From: Bacillota bacterium
Lineage (GTDB): Bacteria; Bacillota_I; Bacilli_A; RFN20; CAG-826
Direction of reading: 5' to 3'
Assembly (NCBI GenBank): GCA_023393065.1
Contig: JAEWMX010000005.1
Coordinates: 9,566-73,565, forward strand
Length of the DNA stretch: 64,000 nucleotides
Part shown: in pieces, positions 52,492 through 60,666 of the stretch
How positions within the stretch are numbered: position 1 is the stretch's first letter
Layout: the number at the start of each line of letters is the position of its first letter
Program-made: the position numbers and the translations under genes
The notes under the pieces: generated by a model
Seen by the model: only the letters and a program-made list of their open reading frames with translations
Databases searched by the model: none
What the model was told of the DNA's origin: nothing

Positions 52492-53286
52492 TTAGTCGAT
52501 GAGACCGTAGTGTTTCATAGCTTTTGCCCACCCGTCTTCGTCGATGTCGTCGGTGACATAGTCGGCGACGGCTTTAACTTGTGGGACGGCGTTACCCATG
52601 GCGATTGATGTGCCGGTAAATAGAAGCATATCGACATCGTTAGGATTATCGCCGAGGGACAAAGCGTTTTCCGGTTTCCATCCGTAGTGTTCTAACACTG
52701 CCATAATTCCTTTGGCCTTGTCGGAATCCTTCGGCATGATATCGACGGCATATTCATCCCAGCGCGCACTCTTGCAGTTTTCAAGATGCGGTAGGAAGAG
52801 CGATTCATCCAATTCATCGCAAAAAGCAATCATTTGATAGACGACGCGATCATAGTGATCGGGGAATGAACGCGGTTGTGGAAAGCGGGTTCCGAATTTT
52901 TCGTGAGCGCTTATCACACGGTCGTCAATCATGTTTATGTGACCTTCTTTTTCTTCGATTAAGGTCAAGCCGAATTTCAAACGCTTGGCAAACTTAATAA
53001 TCGAGTCGACGACATTCTCGGGGATGGGGTACTTGTAGATAATCTGATCGCCGATGATGGCGTTTGCTCCGTTCATGGTGATGAGACCGTCCGGTTTGAC
53101 GATATCTAGGATTCCCGTCTTGCGAATTAGATAGTAGTTGCGACCCGAACACAAAAAGACGAGAATGCCTTTAGCTTGAAGTTTTTTAATAGCCTCAATC
53201 GCGCTTTCCGGTACTTTTTTGGTCCGATGTGAAAAAAGTGTCATATCGATATCCGTAAAAACAATTTTTATATCTGGTTTTTCCAT
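52492..53286 (-). CDS. Cof-type HAD-IIB family phosphatase
   Basis: 264 aa with motif I (FTDIDMT), motif II (CSGR) and motif III/IV (GDNPNDVDM). Confidence 0.85.
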   Translation of the reverse strand: MEKPDIKIVFTDIDMTLFSHRTKKVPESAIEAIKKLQAKGILVFLCSGRNYYLIRKTGILDIVKPDGLITMNGANAIIGDQIIYKYPIPENVVDSIIKFAKRLKFGLTLIEEKEGHINMIDDRVISAHEKFGTRFPQPRSFPDHYDRVVYQMIAFCDELDESLFLPHLENCKSARWDEYAVDIMPKDSDKAKGIMAVLEHYGWKPENALSLGDNPNDVDMLLFTGTSIAMGNAVPQVKAVADYVTDDIDEDGWAKAMKHYGLID

Positions 53287-53389
53287 TGCTGCTCCTTTCT
53301 TAAATATTTCGAGTTAGCTCGTTACTCTTCCGGCGAATTTCGCTTCCTAGTCCTGAGGCGCCAGAAACCTTCTTAAGAAGCTCCGGAAT

Positions 53390-53418
53390 ATTATAAAAGA
53401 AACGAGACTAATAGTCAA
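53390..53418 (-). promoter_or_regulatory. near-consensus promoter of the HAD gene
   Basis: The minus strand reads TTGACT (53413-53418), a 17-nt spacer, then TATAAT (53390-53395). This leaves a leader of about 97 nt before ATG 53286. Confidence 0.6.
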
Positions 53419-53582
53419 AAGCAATATCCGCCCTCGCCTTCAATGATACTTCGATTTCATATTGACCTGGTATTTATTTCGCTCCCATCGGTATTATTTG
53501 GCTTTTGTCACTGCCCGAACCTCATTGATACAATTTGCAATTGTGACACAAATAAGGCACAATATACACTAAGGTTATAACC

Positions 53583-54479
53583 ATGAAGCAAGCAGTCCTC
53601 GTCTATAATCTCGTCCATGAAACAAACCGCGAATGGGCCGAACAGATCGACGCTTTTGTCGTCGCTTTTAAAAAATGTGGTTTCGAGCTTCTGCCCGTGT
53701 CAAACGTCGATGCCTACGATTACATCAAAAGGTATAGACGCTACATCAATTTCGTCTTGTATTGGGATAAGGACTTGTATCTAGCTGAGTTGCTCGAAGC
53801 GACCGGCGTGCCGGTTTTTAATACGAGCAGCGCGATTCGCATTTGCGATGACAAGGCTCTAACCTACATCAAGTTGAAAAACCACCGTCTTCCGACTCCC
53901 AAGACGCTCGTTCTTCCCTTCACCTTCGGACAAAACGTCATTAAGTTTTACGACCGCATTAAAACACTAATCGCCGAAAAGGGATTTAAATATCCTTTCG
54001 TTCTCAAACAGAGATTTGGCTCCTTTGGAGAACAAGTGTACTTGATTACCAACGAAGTCATGTTTAAAAAGATGCTTCAGACGATCGGCGAGAAAGAATT
54101 ATTGATTCAAGAGTTTATCGAAGAGAGTTCCGGGAAGGATTTCCGCGTCAATGTCGTCGGTCGCGAAGCGGTATCAATTGTCATGCGCGTCAATCAGGGC
54201 AATTTCCGCAGCAATGTGCACCAAGGCGGCATCATGTCTTCGGTTCCCCACCCCGATCGGCGCATGCTTAAGTTAGCCGTGCAAGCCGCAAAAGCGGTCG
54301 GCGCGGACTTCGCCGGCGTCGACATCCTCGTCAATGCCGCGGGCGAGCCCCTCGTCATCGAAGTGAATTCTAACGCCCGCACAGTCGCCGTCGAAGAAGC
54401 TAGCAAAGTATATGTGTCACTCTTCATCGCTCGCTACATCAAAAAACACTATAAACTCCGCAAAATGGACTTATTCTAA
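53583..54479 (+). CDS. RimK-family ATP-grasp ligase
   Basis: 298 aa. GNFRSNVHQGG, DFAGVDIL and PLVIEVNSNA closely resemble the E. coli RimK motifs GDFRSNLHRGG, DVAGVDIL and PLVMEVNASP. Confidence 0.8.
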   Translation: MKQAVLVYNLVHETNREWAEQIDAFVVAFKKCGFELLPVSNVDAYDYIKRYRRYINFVLYWDKDLYLAELLEATGVPVFNTSSAIRICDDKALTYIKLKNHRLPTPKTLVLPFTFGQNVIKFYDRIKTLIAEKGFKYPFVLKQRFGSFGEQVYLITNEVMFKKMLQTIGEKELLIQEFIEESSGKDFRVNVVGREAVSIVMRVNQGNFRSNVHQGGIMSSVPHPDRRMLKLAVQAAKAVGADFAGVDILVNAAGEPLVIEVNSNARTVAVEEASKVYVSLFIARYIKKHYKLRKMDLF

Positions 54480-54504
54480 TAAAAATTTTTGAAAGGAGGC
54501 CTCT

Positions 54505-55806
54505 ATGAACATCACAGTCATCGGCCAAGGATATGTTGGACTTGTCAATAGCGTGATCCTCGCCTCTTTTTTTCACAATGTGATTGGCTTGGACAGCGAT
54601 AAGAACAAAGTCGCGACTTTAAAGCAGGGCATCGCCACCATCAAAGAACCGAATTTACAATCGCTGATGAGCGACGCTAAAGACCGCCTTCGTTTTACAA
54701 CGAACGGCAAAGATGCGATTCGCCCCAACAAAATCATCTACATCGCCGTCGATACTCCGGAAGGCAAAGACGGAAAACCGGATATGACCAATTTCAATGC
54801 CTGTCTCGACGATATCGCCAAAAACGCCATTCAAGATACTTATGTCGTCATTCGCTCAACGGTTCCGGTCGGCACGAATGCCCGCGTCAAAAAATACCTC
54901 GAAGAAAATAGCGAGCATAAATTCGAAGTTATCTCCAACCCTGAATTTTTGAGTCAGGGCAGCGCCATTGATGATATGCTTAATCCTTCGCGCGTCGTCA
55001 TCGGCGTGGCGAGCAAAGCAGGCGAAGATTTCATGCTCCAAATGTATGCTAATTATCAAAAGCGCAAGATTCCGATTTTGATCACGACTCCCGAAAGCGC
55101 CGAGCTAATCAAATATGCCTCCAATAACTTTTTAGCCATGAAGATTAGCTATATTAACGAAATCGCTCGCTTATGCGAGATGGTCGATGCTGACATCGAA
55201 GAAGTCGCCATCGGTATCGGTCTTGATCCGCGCATCGGCCGCAATTATTTAAAAGCCGGCATCGGTTATGGCGGCTCCTGCTTTCCCAAAGACACTAAAG
55301 CCCTAAGTTGGTTTGCCAACGATCGTGAAGTTCCTCTTGAACTCGTCAAGGCGACCATCAAGGTTAATAACGAGCAGCCCTCGCTATTGATGCACAAAAT
55401 CAATTCCCATTTCCGCAGCCTTTCGAATTTGACCATCGCGGTTTTAGGTGTCGCTTTCAAAGCCGGAACCGAGGATATTCGCAATTCGCCGGCGACGGCA
55501 GTCGTCAAGTACCTGCTTGAGAAAAATGCCTATGTCAAAGTCTATGATGCCTTGGCAATCGAAAACTTTCAAAAAGAGATGCAGCGCCACTCCCGCATCG
55601 AATATTCAACTAGCATTCTCGATACCTTGAAGGAAGCGGATGCGGTGGTCATTCTAACTGACGCCAAGGAACTCAAAGAACTCGATAAGAGCTGCTTCAT
55701 CGATAATATGAAAAAGCCCATCATCTTTGATGGCCGCAACTTATATCGACCTGCTAATATGGTCGGCACGACATATTATTCAATCGGTCGCAAGACGGTA
55801 AAATAA
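54505..55806 (+). CDS. ugd: UDP-glucose 6-dehydrogenase
   Basis: 433 aa with an N-terminal Rossmann motif (VIGQGYVG) and the catalytic GGSCFPKD. An AGGAGG RBS lies 25 nt after the ATP-grasp stop. Confidence 0.9.
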   Translation: MNITVIGQGYVGLVNSVILASFFHNVIGLDSDKNKVATLKQGIATIKEPNLQSLMSDAKDRLRFTTNGKDAIRPNKIIYIAVDTPEGKDGKPDMTNFNACLDDIAKNAIQDTYVVIRSTVPVGTNARVKKYLEENSEHKFEVISNPEFLSQGSAIDDMLNPSRVVIGVASKAGEDFMLQMYANYQKRKIPILITTPESAELIKYASNNFLAMKISYINEIARLCEMVDADIEEVAIGIGLDPRIGRNYLKAGIGYGGSCFPKDTKALSWFANDREVPLELVKATIKVNNEQPSLLMHKINSHFRSLSNLTIAVLGVAFKAGTEDIRNSPATAVVKYLLEKNAYVKVYDALAIENFQKEMQRHSRIEYSTSILDTLKEADAVVILTDAKELKELDKSCFIDNMKKPIIFDGRNLYRPANMVGTTYYSIGRKTVK

Positions 55807-55813
55807 ACATAAG

Positions 55814-55844
55814 AAAAACCGAGAGATTGACTTCTCGGTTTTTT
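55814..55844. terminator. bidirectional terminator between ugd and lipoprotein gene
   Basis: CCGAGA-N8-TCTCGG, flanked by AAAAA and TTTTTT. Confidence 0.75.
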
Positions 55845-55854
55845 GGTGCTCTTT

Positions 55855-56979
55855 TTAGAAATCGTCTAGCTCTTCAAAATCTTCTTCGTAATCTTCGTCT
55901 TCGCCGTGATCGGGATTGCCGTGATGACCTTTGTCATCATCATCGCCGTGGCCGTTTCCGTTTCCGGAATGTTCACCATTATGGTTTCCGTTTCCGTCGT
56001 GATGGTACATGCCGCCGCCCGAGAAGTAATATTCAAGGATTTCTTGGCCTTCACCATCAAGTGTCACATAAATGTGAATCACACCCTTACCTTCTGGGGT
56101 ATCAAAACGAATTTTGTAGTAGGTGCCGTCTTCGCCAACTTCTTGTTTAAAGGAGTAGCGGGAGCGGACATTGTCTTTGACATCCTCGAGCTTGAGCATC
56201 GTCTGATTGTCTTCGACTTTGATCATCACTTTTTTACGGGCGATTAAATTGCGGCCGTTTCTAAGGAAGTATTGGAATTTTTGAACATCATCTTCAGAAT
56301 GATGAGAGATGCGAAGCACGCGTCCGTCATCGAGGCTAGCTCTAAAACCGAAGCGAACTTCATCCTCTTCGACGAGGCGATAACCTTTGACCGCGAATTC
56401 CTCATCCCCGATAACCGCCAAACCTACTAGAAGGGTCGATTCGTCATCGCTGCGAGGATCTTCGCGGTGGCGGTAGTTTCTACCATTTTCTTCGCCTTCT
56501 GGAATATCATCGAGAACATCTTCTCCGGTATCGTCAATACCATCTTCGACATCATCTTCGCCATCGATGACAACTTCGTTGAAATAGAGGATGAAAGTCG
56601 ATTGGACTTTGTCGATATCAGTCGTTGTAATAGTTAATTGAAAAGCGTATTCTTCGCGATCGCTGACTTCGGCCATCGCGACATTTAAAACGCCTTCTTC
56701 CGTTAATTCTTTGTATAAAGTGAGATAGCGATTGACGATGGCTAACTCTTCATCGGGATCGGTTTCTTCGTCGACTCGACCCAAGACTTGCGGAGCGCTG
56801 GCGACGCTTACTTCTTCGAGCATGCGAATGCCGGTGTATGTCGCAAAGGCATACTGGGTATCGGTGCTTTTCAAATCGATGACCGGTTCATTTGTGGGAA
56901 TTCCGTCACTTGGAGTAAAACCGCAGGCGGCAAGAACAAAAACACTAGAGGCGATAAGCAGGGGTTTGAATAATTTCAT
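55855..56979 (-). CDS. acidic lipoprotein with His/Gly/Asn/Asp-rich C-terminal tail
   Basis: Signal peptide with lipobox VLAAC. The C-terminus is GGGMYHHDGNGNHNGEHSGNGNGHGDDDDKGHHGNPDHGEDEDYEEDFEELDDF. Confidence 0.75.
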   Translation of the reverse strand: MKLFKPLLIASSVFVLAACGFTPSDGIPTNEPVIDLKSTDTQYAFATYTGIRMLEEVSVASAPQVLGRVDEETDPDEELAIVNRYLTLYKELTEEGVLNVAMAEVSDREEYAFQLTITTTDIDKVQSTFILYFNEVVIDGEDDVEDGIDDTGEDVLDDIPEGEENGRNYRHREDPRSDDESTLLVGLAVIGDEEFAVKGYRLVEEDEVRFGFRASLDDGRVLRISHHSEDDVQKFQYFLRNGRNLIARKKVMIKVEDNQTMLKLEDVKDNVRSRYSFKQEVGEDGTYYKIRFDTPEGKGVIHIYVTLDGEGQEILEYYFSGGGMYHHDGNGNHNGEHSGNGNGHGDDDDKGHHGNPDHGEDEDYEEDFEELDDF

Positions 56980-57033
56980 ATTAAGGTTCTCCTAATATAT
57001 AAATAAAAAGATCGTCGCTTTTGATTAAAGAAT

Positions 57034-57058
57034 TTAAAAAGGAGAGGTATCTCTCCTT
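57034..57058 (-). terminator. rho-independent terminator after membrane protein gene
   Basis: AAGGAGAG-GTAT-CTCTCCTT, followed on the minus strand by TTTTTAAA. Confidence 0.7.
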
Positions 57059-57083
57059 ATATTTATAATATATTCCTTAGAGC

Positions 57084-58202
57084 TTACATCGCCGGTTTCA
57101 GTGATTTCATCGACATCCACATGATGCGGACACCGATGAGCATGACGAAGATCATCACGGCATATTCGGTAAAGATAAAACCGAAGATGAGGGCGAGAAG
57201 CGATGGGGTAAAGGAAGCCCAGTAGGAAATCTTTTGCGTCTCCCAGAAAGTATAGATGCGGAAGGGATTACGCTTGCCGCGCGTCAAGATGAAAATCATC
57301 AAGCCCATGAAGAAGATGAGCAAAGCGTCGACTCCGAGCATGATAAGCGTCGAATCGCGGGCCGTCATCATTTTGGTGTTGTAGTATACGGCGTCATAGA
57401 TGTCATTCCATCTGCTTTGGACTTGGCGATAATATTCGTCAACTTTCAGGTAGCCATTGGGTTCGCTAAATTTGGCATCGCGGCTCGTCACATAAGTGGC
57501 GCCGTCTATATCGATAGTAGCCGTTGATTTAAAATCAAAACCCAATTCTAGTTTTAGATAATCACCGGAAACACCTGAGATAGCGGTGGTGTTGCCCGGT
57601 TGAAAGAGTTGTCCCACCATTCTCTGACGTCCAAAAATGAGATAACTGGTGCTGCGGGCGGTGTCTTCCGCTTCGCGCCAAGAGCCATCGATGGGGCTTT
57701 TATTTTGTGAAACGAGAGTGTAATAATCAATAAAATCCTGTCCGATGGTATTGGTGTAGTAAACCTCAAAATCGACCTTGCTGTCGTTATTGAGATGGAC
57801 GTATTGCTTATAGGCGTTTTGCGCGCCGCTATGAACGGCATCCCAGGTCGTTTGTTCGACGGCTAAGTAGCGGCCACTCGCATCTTCGCTGACGACCATC
57901 GAAAGGTTGTTGTCTTCGAGGTGATCGCTAAAAGCGACGATGGCGTTATCGTAATTATAAAGATAATTCGATGCGGTAAAATCAGAACCTTGAGCTTGAA
58001 GAGAAGTAACCATAATCGGCAGGACTGCCATCACTAGTGACAAAACGGCAAAAATGACGGCAAAAAACCATCTTTTGGTGCGCCCGCCTTCTATACAAGC
58101 ATCATTGTTAATGAGGCTCTTCATAATCAGTTTAAAGTTTTTCATATTATTCAATAATTCCAATCGCTTACATAGTTTATTATATATAAGGTTCATTTTC
58201 AA
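57084..58202 (-). CDS. membrane protein, unknown function (N-terminal TM, ~230-aa external domain, 3 C-terminal TM)
   Basis: 372-aa ORF. Topology was inferred from hydrophobic stretches. The start is uncertain: TTG 58202, ATG 58145 or ATG 58124. Confidence 0.6.
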   Translation of the reverse strand: MKMNLIYNKLCKRLELLNNMKNFKLIMKSLINNDACIEGGRTKRWFFAVIFAVLSLVMAVLPIMVTSLQAQGSDFTASNYLYNYDNAIVAFSDHLEDNNLSMVVSEDASGRYLAVEQTTWDAVHSGAQNAYKQYVHLNNDSKVDFEVYYTNTIGQDFIDYYTLVSQNKSPIDGSWREAEDTARSTSYLIFGRQRMVGQLFQPGNTTAISGVSGDYLKLELGFDFKSTATIDIDGATYVTSRDAKFSEPNGYLKVDEYYRQVQSRWNDIYDAVYYNTKMMTARDSTLIMLGVDALLIFFMGLMIFILTRGKRNPFRIYTFWETQKISYWASFTPSLLALIFGFIFTEYAVMIFVMLIGVRIMWMSMKSLKPAM

Positions 58203-58254
58203 ACACTATTAAACAATGGAAGATGTTGCTAAATGAATTAGTTTCATTTATATT

Positions 58255-58758
58255 ATGCAAAGAAGAAACGTGAACACAAAAATTCGCCTGATTAGATTAA
58301 CGAAATGGATTGCGGTTTTGCTATCGGTCTTTTCTCTTGTCACGATAATTTTTCCATTCGCCAGCGAAACACTTCTGGATGGCACCGTCATCAGCTATCC
58401 GACATGGATTGCCGTCTTCGGCGGTGAATTCGCTTTTAGCGATTCAACGCAAAACTACACGATAAACTTCCATATCAATATCTATTTGTTAGTCACTTAT
58501 CAGCTCGCTGGTTTAAGTTGCTTGGCCTTCTTTTTATCCAACCGCAAGAGCACGAATTTGATCTTTGCTCTCGTCATGTCTTTTATCAGCATGATCGGGA
58601 TGATTTTCATGCCTTATGTCGTCCGCTTTGCGACTCCTGGCTTTCTCGTATCCGGCATTAAAATCAGCTATGGTCCTATTCTCGGCGCTAGCGCACTGCT
58701 AATGACACAGATCATCGCGTTATTTCATATTCTGACCGACGATCGTTTTAATCGCTAA
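58255..58758 (+). CDS. small 4-TM membrane protein, unknown function
   Basis: 167-aa ORF with four hydrophobic segments. The start is uncertain: ATG 58255 has no SD, and GTG 58270 is an alternative. Confidence 0.5.
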   Translation: MQRRNVNTKIRLIRLTKWIAVLLSVFSLVTIIFPFASETLLDGTVISYPTWIAVFGGEFAFSDSTQNYTINFHINIYLLVTYQLAGLSCLAFFLSNRKSTNLIFALVMSFISMIGMIFMPYVVRFATPGFLVSGIKISYGPILGASALLMTQIIALFHILTDDRFNR

Positions 58759-58781
58759 TCACATAATTCCACATTTTCTTA

Positions 58782-58810
58782 TTCGACATTATGTCGATAT
58801 AAGGTATAAT
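58782..58810 (+). promoter_or_regulatory. promoter of nuclease gene, positioned for a leaderless or near-leaderless mRNA
   Basis: TTCGAC (58782-58787), a 17-nt spacer, then TATAAT (58805-58810). Only 7 nt separate the -10 from ATG 58818, and no SD is present. Confidence 0.5.
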
Positions 58811-58817
58811 CTTTCTT

Positions 58818-60143
58818 ATGAAAATTTATAACAAGATCATCTTTTTTGTTGCCATTGGTGGCTTCCTATTGGCAAGTTGTAGAAATAACCCGCCATCCGA
58901 CTCTGCAAGCGACACCATTAGCGATACCTCGAGCGCGACTTCTGAAACCTCGAGCGACACCGCAAGCGATACGAGCCAAGGAACTTCTTCTTCAACCTCC
59001 ACCAGCACAACCACTATTACCAATCCCAATCCCGAGAATTCCCGAGCCATCTTGACGACGGTTCAAGCCTTGGCCCAGAAAAAGGCTAGCGATACGACAA
59101 ATCTCTATCGCGTTAAGGGCATCGCCCAATATCCCGGTTATGCCAAAAAAGGCTATTTTGATTTAGTCGATGGCGGATGGACGATTGTCGCCTACGGAAT
59201 TAGTAGCAAGAACACTTGTATCAGATTATCGGGATCAACATATTCATATGCTAATGATGATTCGTTTATCAGCACTGGAATCAAGGCTGGAGACGAAATA
59301 ACGATCGAAGGTATTTTTACTTTCTATGCGTACTCTAGTAGTTATGGAGTTCCGGAAATTTCTGGCTATCCGACAAAGATCGTCAGCAATGGACTAAGCG
59401 AAATTACGGCAAAATCATATACCGCTGCCGAAACATATGCGGGCAATTATTATAATTCGATTACCGCGAGCGATAGCGGTAGCGCCTTAGGAACGAAGCT
59501 TCACAACCTGATGATGTCCACACACAGTACTTATGTTTCCTATTCAAGCCTTAACTCGACATTGAAAACGACCGATCTCAAGTGCTTTTATTCAGGGCAG
59601 ACCTATGGCAGCTCTTTTAACCGCGAACACGTCTGGCCACAGGCCAAGTCCAAAGACAATAACGGCGTTCAGCTTTACGGCGAGTCTTACGCAGGCTCAG
59701 ACATTCATCATATTCGCGCCTCGATAGCGACCTATAATTCTTATCGCGGAAGCACGATGTTCGCACCGATATTCGGCACATCGCGAACAGTTAATTACAC
59801 CGGTGGTGGAGTTACCAAATTCGGTTCTGGCAATAACTACGGAGTGACAGAACCCGCCGATTCGCGCAAGGGCGATGCGGCGCGCATCATCATGTATGTT
59901 TACACCCATTACGGCACCGATTTCGGCGGCACGACTAGAGCCGGCGTAACTGGAAAGTTATATATCAGCAACGTCATCGGCGCCAACACCATGAACGATT
60001 GCTTTAAATTGCTTCGCAAATGGAATGCCGAAGATCCCGTCAGCAGCGAAGAGATGAACCGCAATGAAATTGCTTTTCAAAAACAAGGGAACCGCAACCC
60101 TTTTATTGACCACCCGACCTTTGCTGATCGCATCTGGAATTAA
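58818..60143 (+). CDS. lipoprotein extracellular nuclease (endonuclease I family)
   Basis: Lipobox LLASC and a Ser/Thr/Asp-rich linker. Endonuclease I-like motifs: NREHVWPQ, DIHHIRAS, GDAARIIMY and NRNPFIDHP. Confidence 0.75.
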   Translation: MKIYNKIIFFVAIGGFLLASCRNNPPSDSASDTISDTSSATSETSSDTASDTSQGTSSSTSTSTTTITNPNPENSRAILTTVQALAQKKASDTTNLYRVKGIAQYPGYAKKGYFDLVDGGWTIVAYGISSKNTCIRLSGSTYSYANDDSFISTGIKAGDEITIEGIFTFYAYSSSYGVPEISGYPTKIVSNGLSEITAKSYTAAETYAGNYYNSITASDSGSALGTKLHNLMMSTHSTYVSYSSLNSTLKTTDLKCFYSGQTYGSSFNREHVWPQAKSKDNNGVQLYGESYAGSDIHHIRASIATYNSYRGSTMFAPIFGTSRTVNYTGGGVTKFGSGNNYGVTEPADSRKGDAARIIMYVYTHYGTDFGGTTRAGVTGKLYISNVIGANTMNDCFKLLRKWNAEDPVSSEEMNRNEIAFQKQGNRNPFIDHPTFADRIWN

Positions 60144-60237
60144 TCGTACTCTATTAAGTACACATGAACATGATTTGTTGTCCAACATCTTTTAACATGC
60201 TAAGATAACTACGCTTATAGGATATATAAGCCAACAC

Positions 60238-60611
60238 GGGGATGTTCATGGCATCGACAGGGTTGTGTTCGCAGTGACTGCAGCCGAGTGATGACGTAAT
60301 CATCAAAACAAAGATAACTGGCAACAGAAATCTTTCATTCGCTGCCGCTTAATTAAGCTCCTAAATACTGGATTAGGTTTCTAACCTAGCAGCGCGCTTC
60401 CGAAGGTTTCGTCCCTCACGCTTCGGGCAAGTGTCATAACAAGGGAATAAGGTCTAAAGTTGACTAGCTAAACGACTCGAAAACCCATTAGTCTCGCATT
60501 AGATACTTTGATGGTATTGTCATCTAGTGTTAAAAATTAATATCGTCTAAGCTGTAGACGTTATTGTGGGACCTTCTTTGGACCGGAGTTCGATTCTCCG
60601 CATCTCCACCA
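60238..60611 (+). ncRNA. ssrA: transfer-messenger RNA
   Basis: The 5' GGGGATG pairs with the 3' CATCTCC, followed by ACCA. T-arm GGAGTTCGATTCTCC is present. The internal tag frame GGC AAC AGA AAT CTT TCA TTC GCT GCC GCT TAA (60320-60352) encodes ...GNRNLSFAAA*. Confidence 0.9.
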
Positions 60612-60621
60612 GGAAACTCCT

Positions 60622-60666
60622 AAAACCTCTTATTTCATTCGATGGATACGAGGTTTTTTCTTTTTT
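60622..60666 (+). terminator. terminator after ssrA
   Basis: AAAACCTC...GAGGTTTT with a long loop, followed by TTCTTTTTT. Confidence 0.5.

Noticed and set aside
55900-56020. Short tandem nucleotide repeats (GTTTCCGTTTCC, GCCGTGAT...) that at first glance looked like a repeat array.
   Set aside because: They are the coding sequence, on the minus strand, of the Gly-Asn-Gly-His low-complexity tail. They lack the regular repeat-spacer architecture of a CRISPR array.
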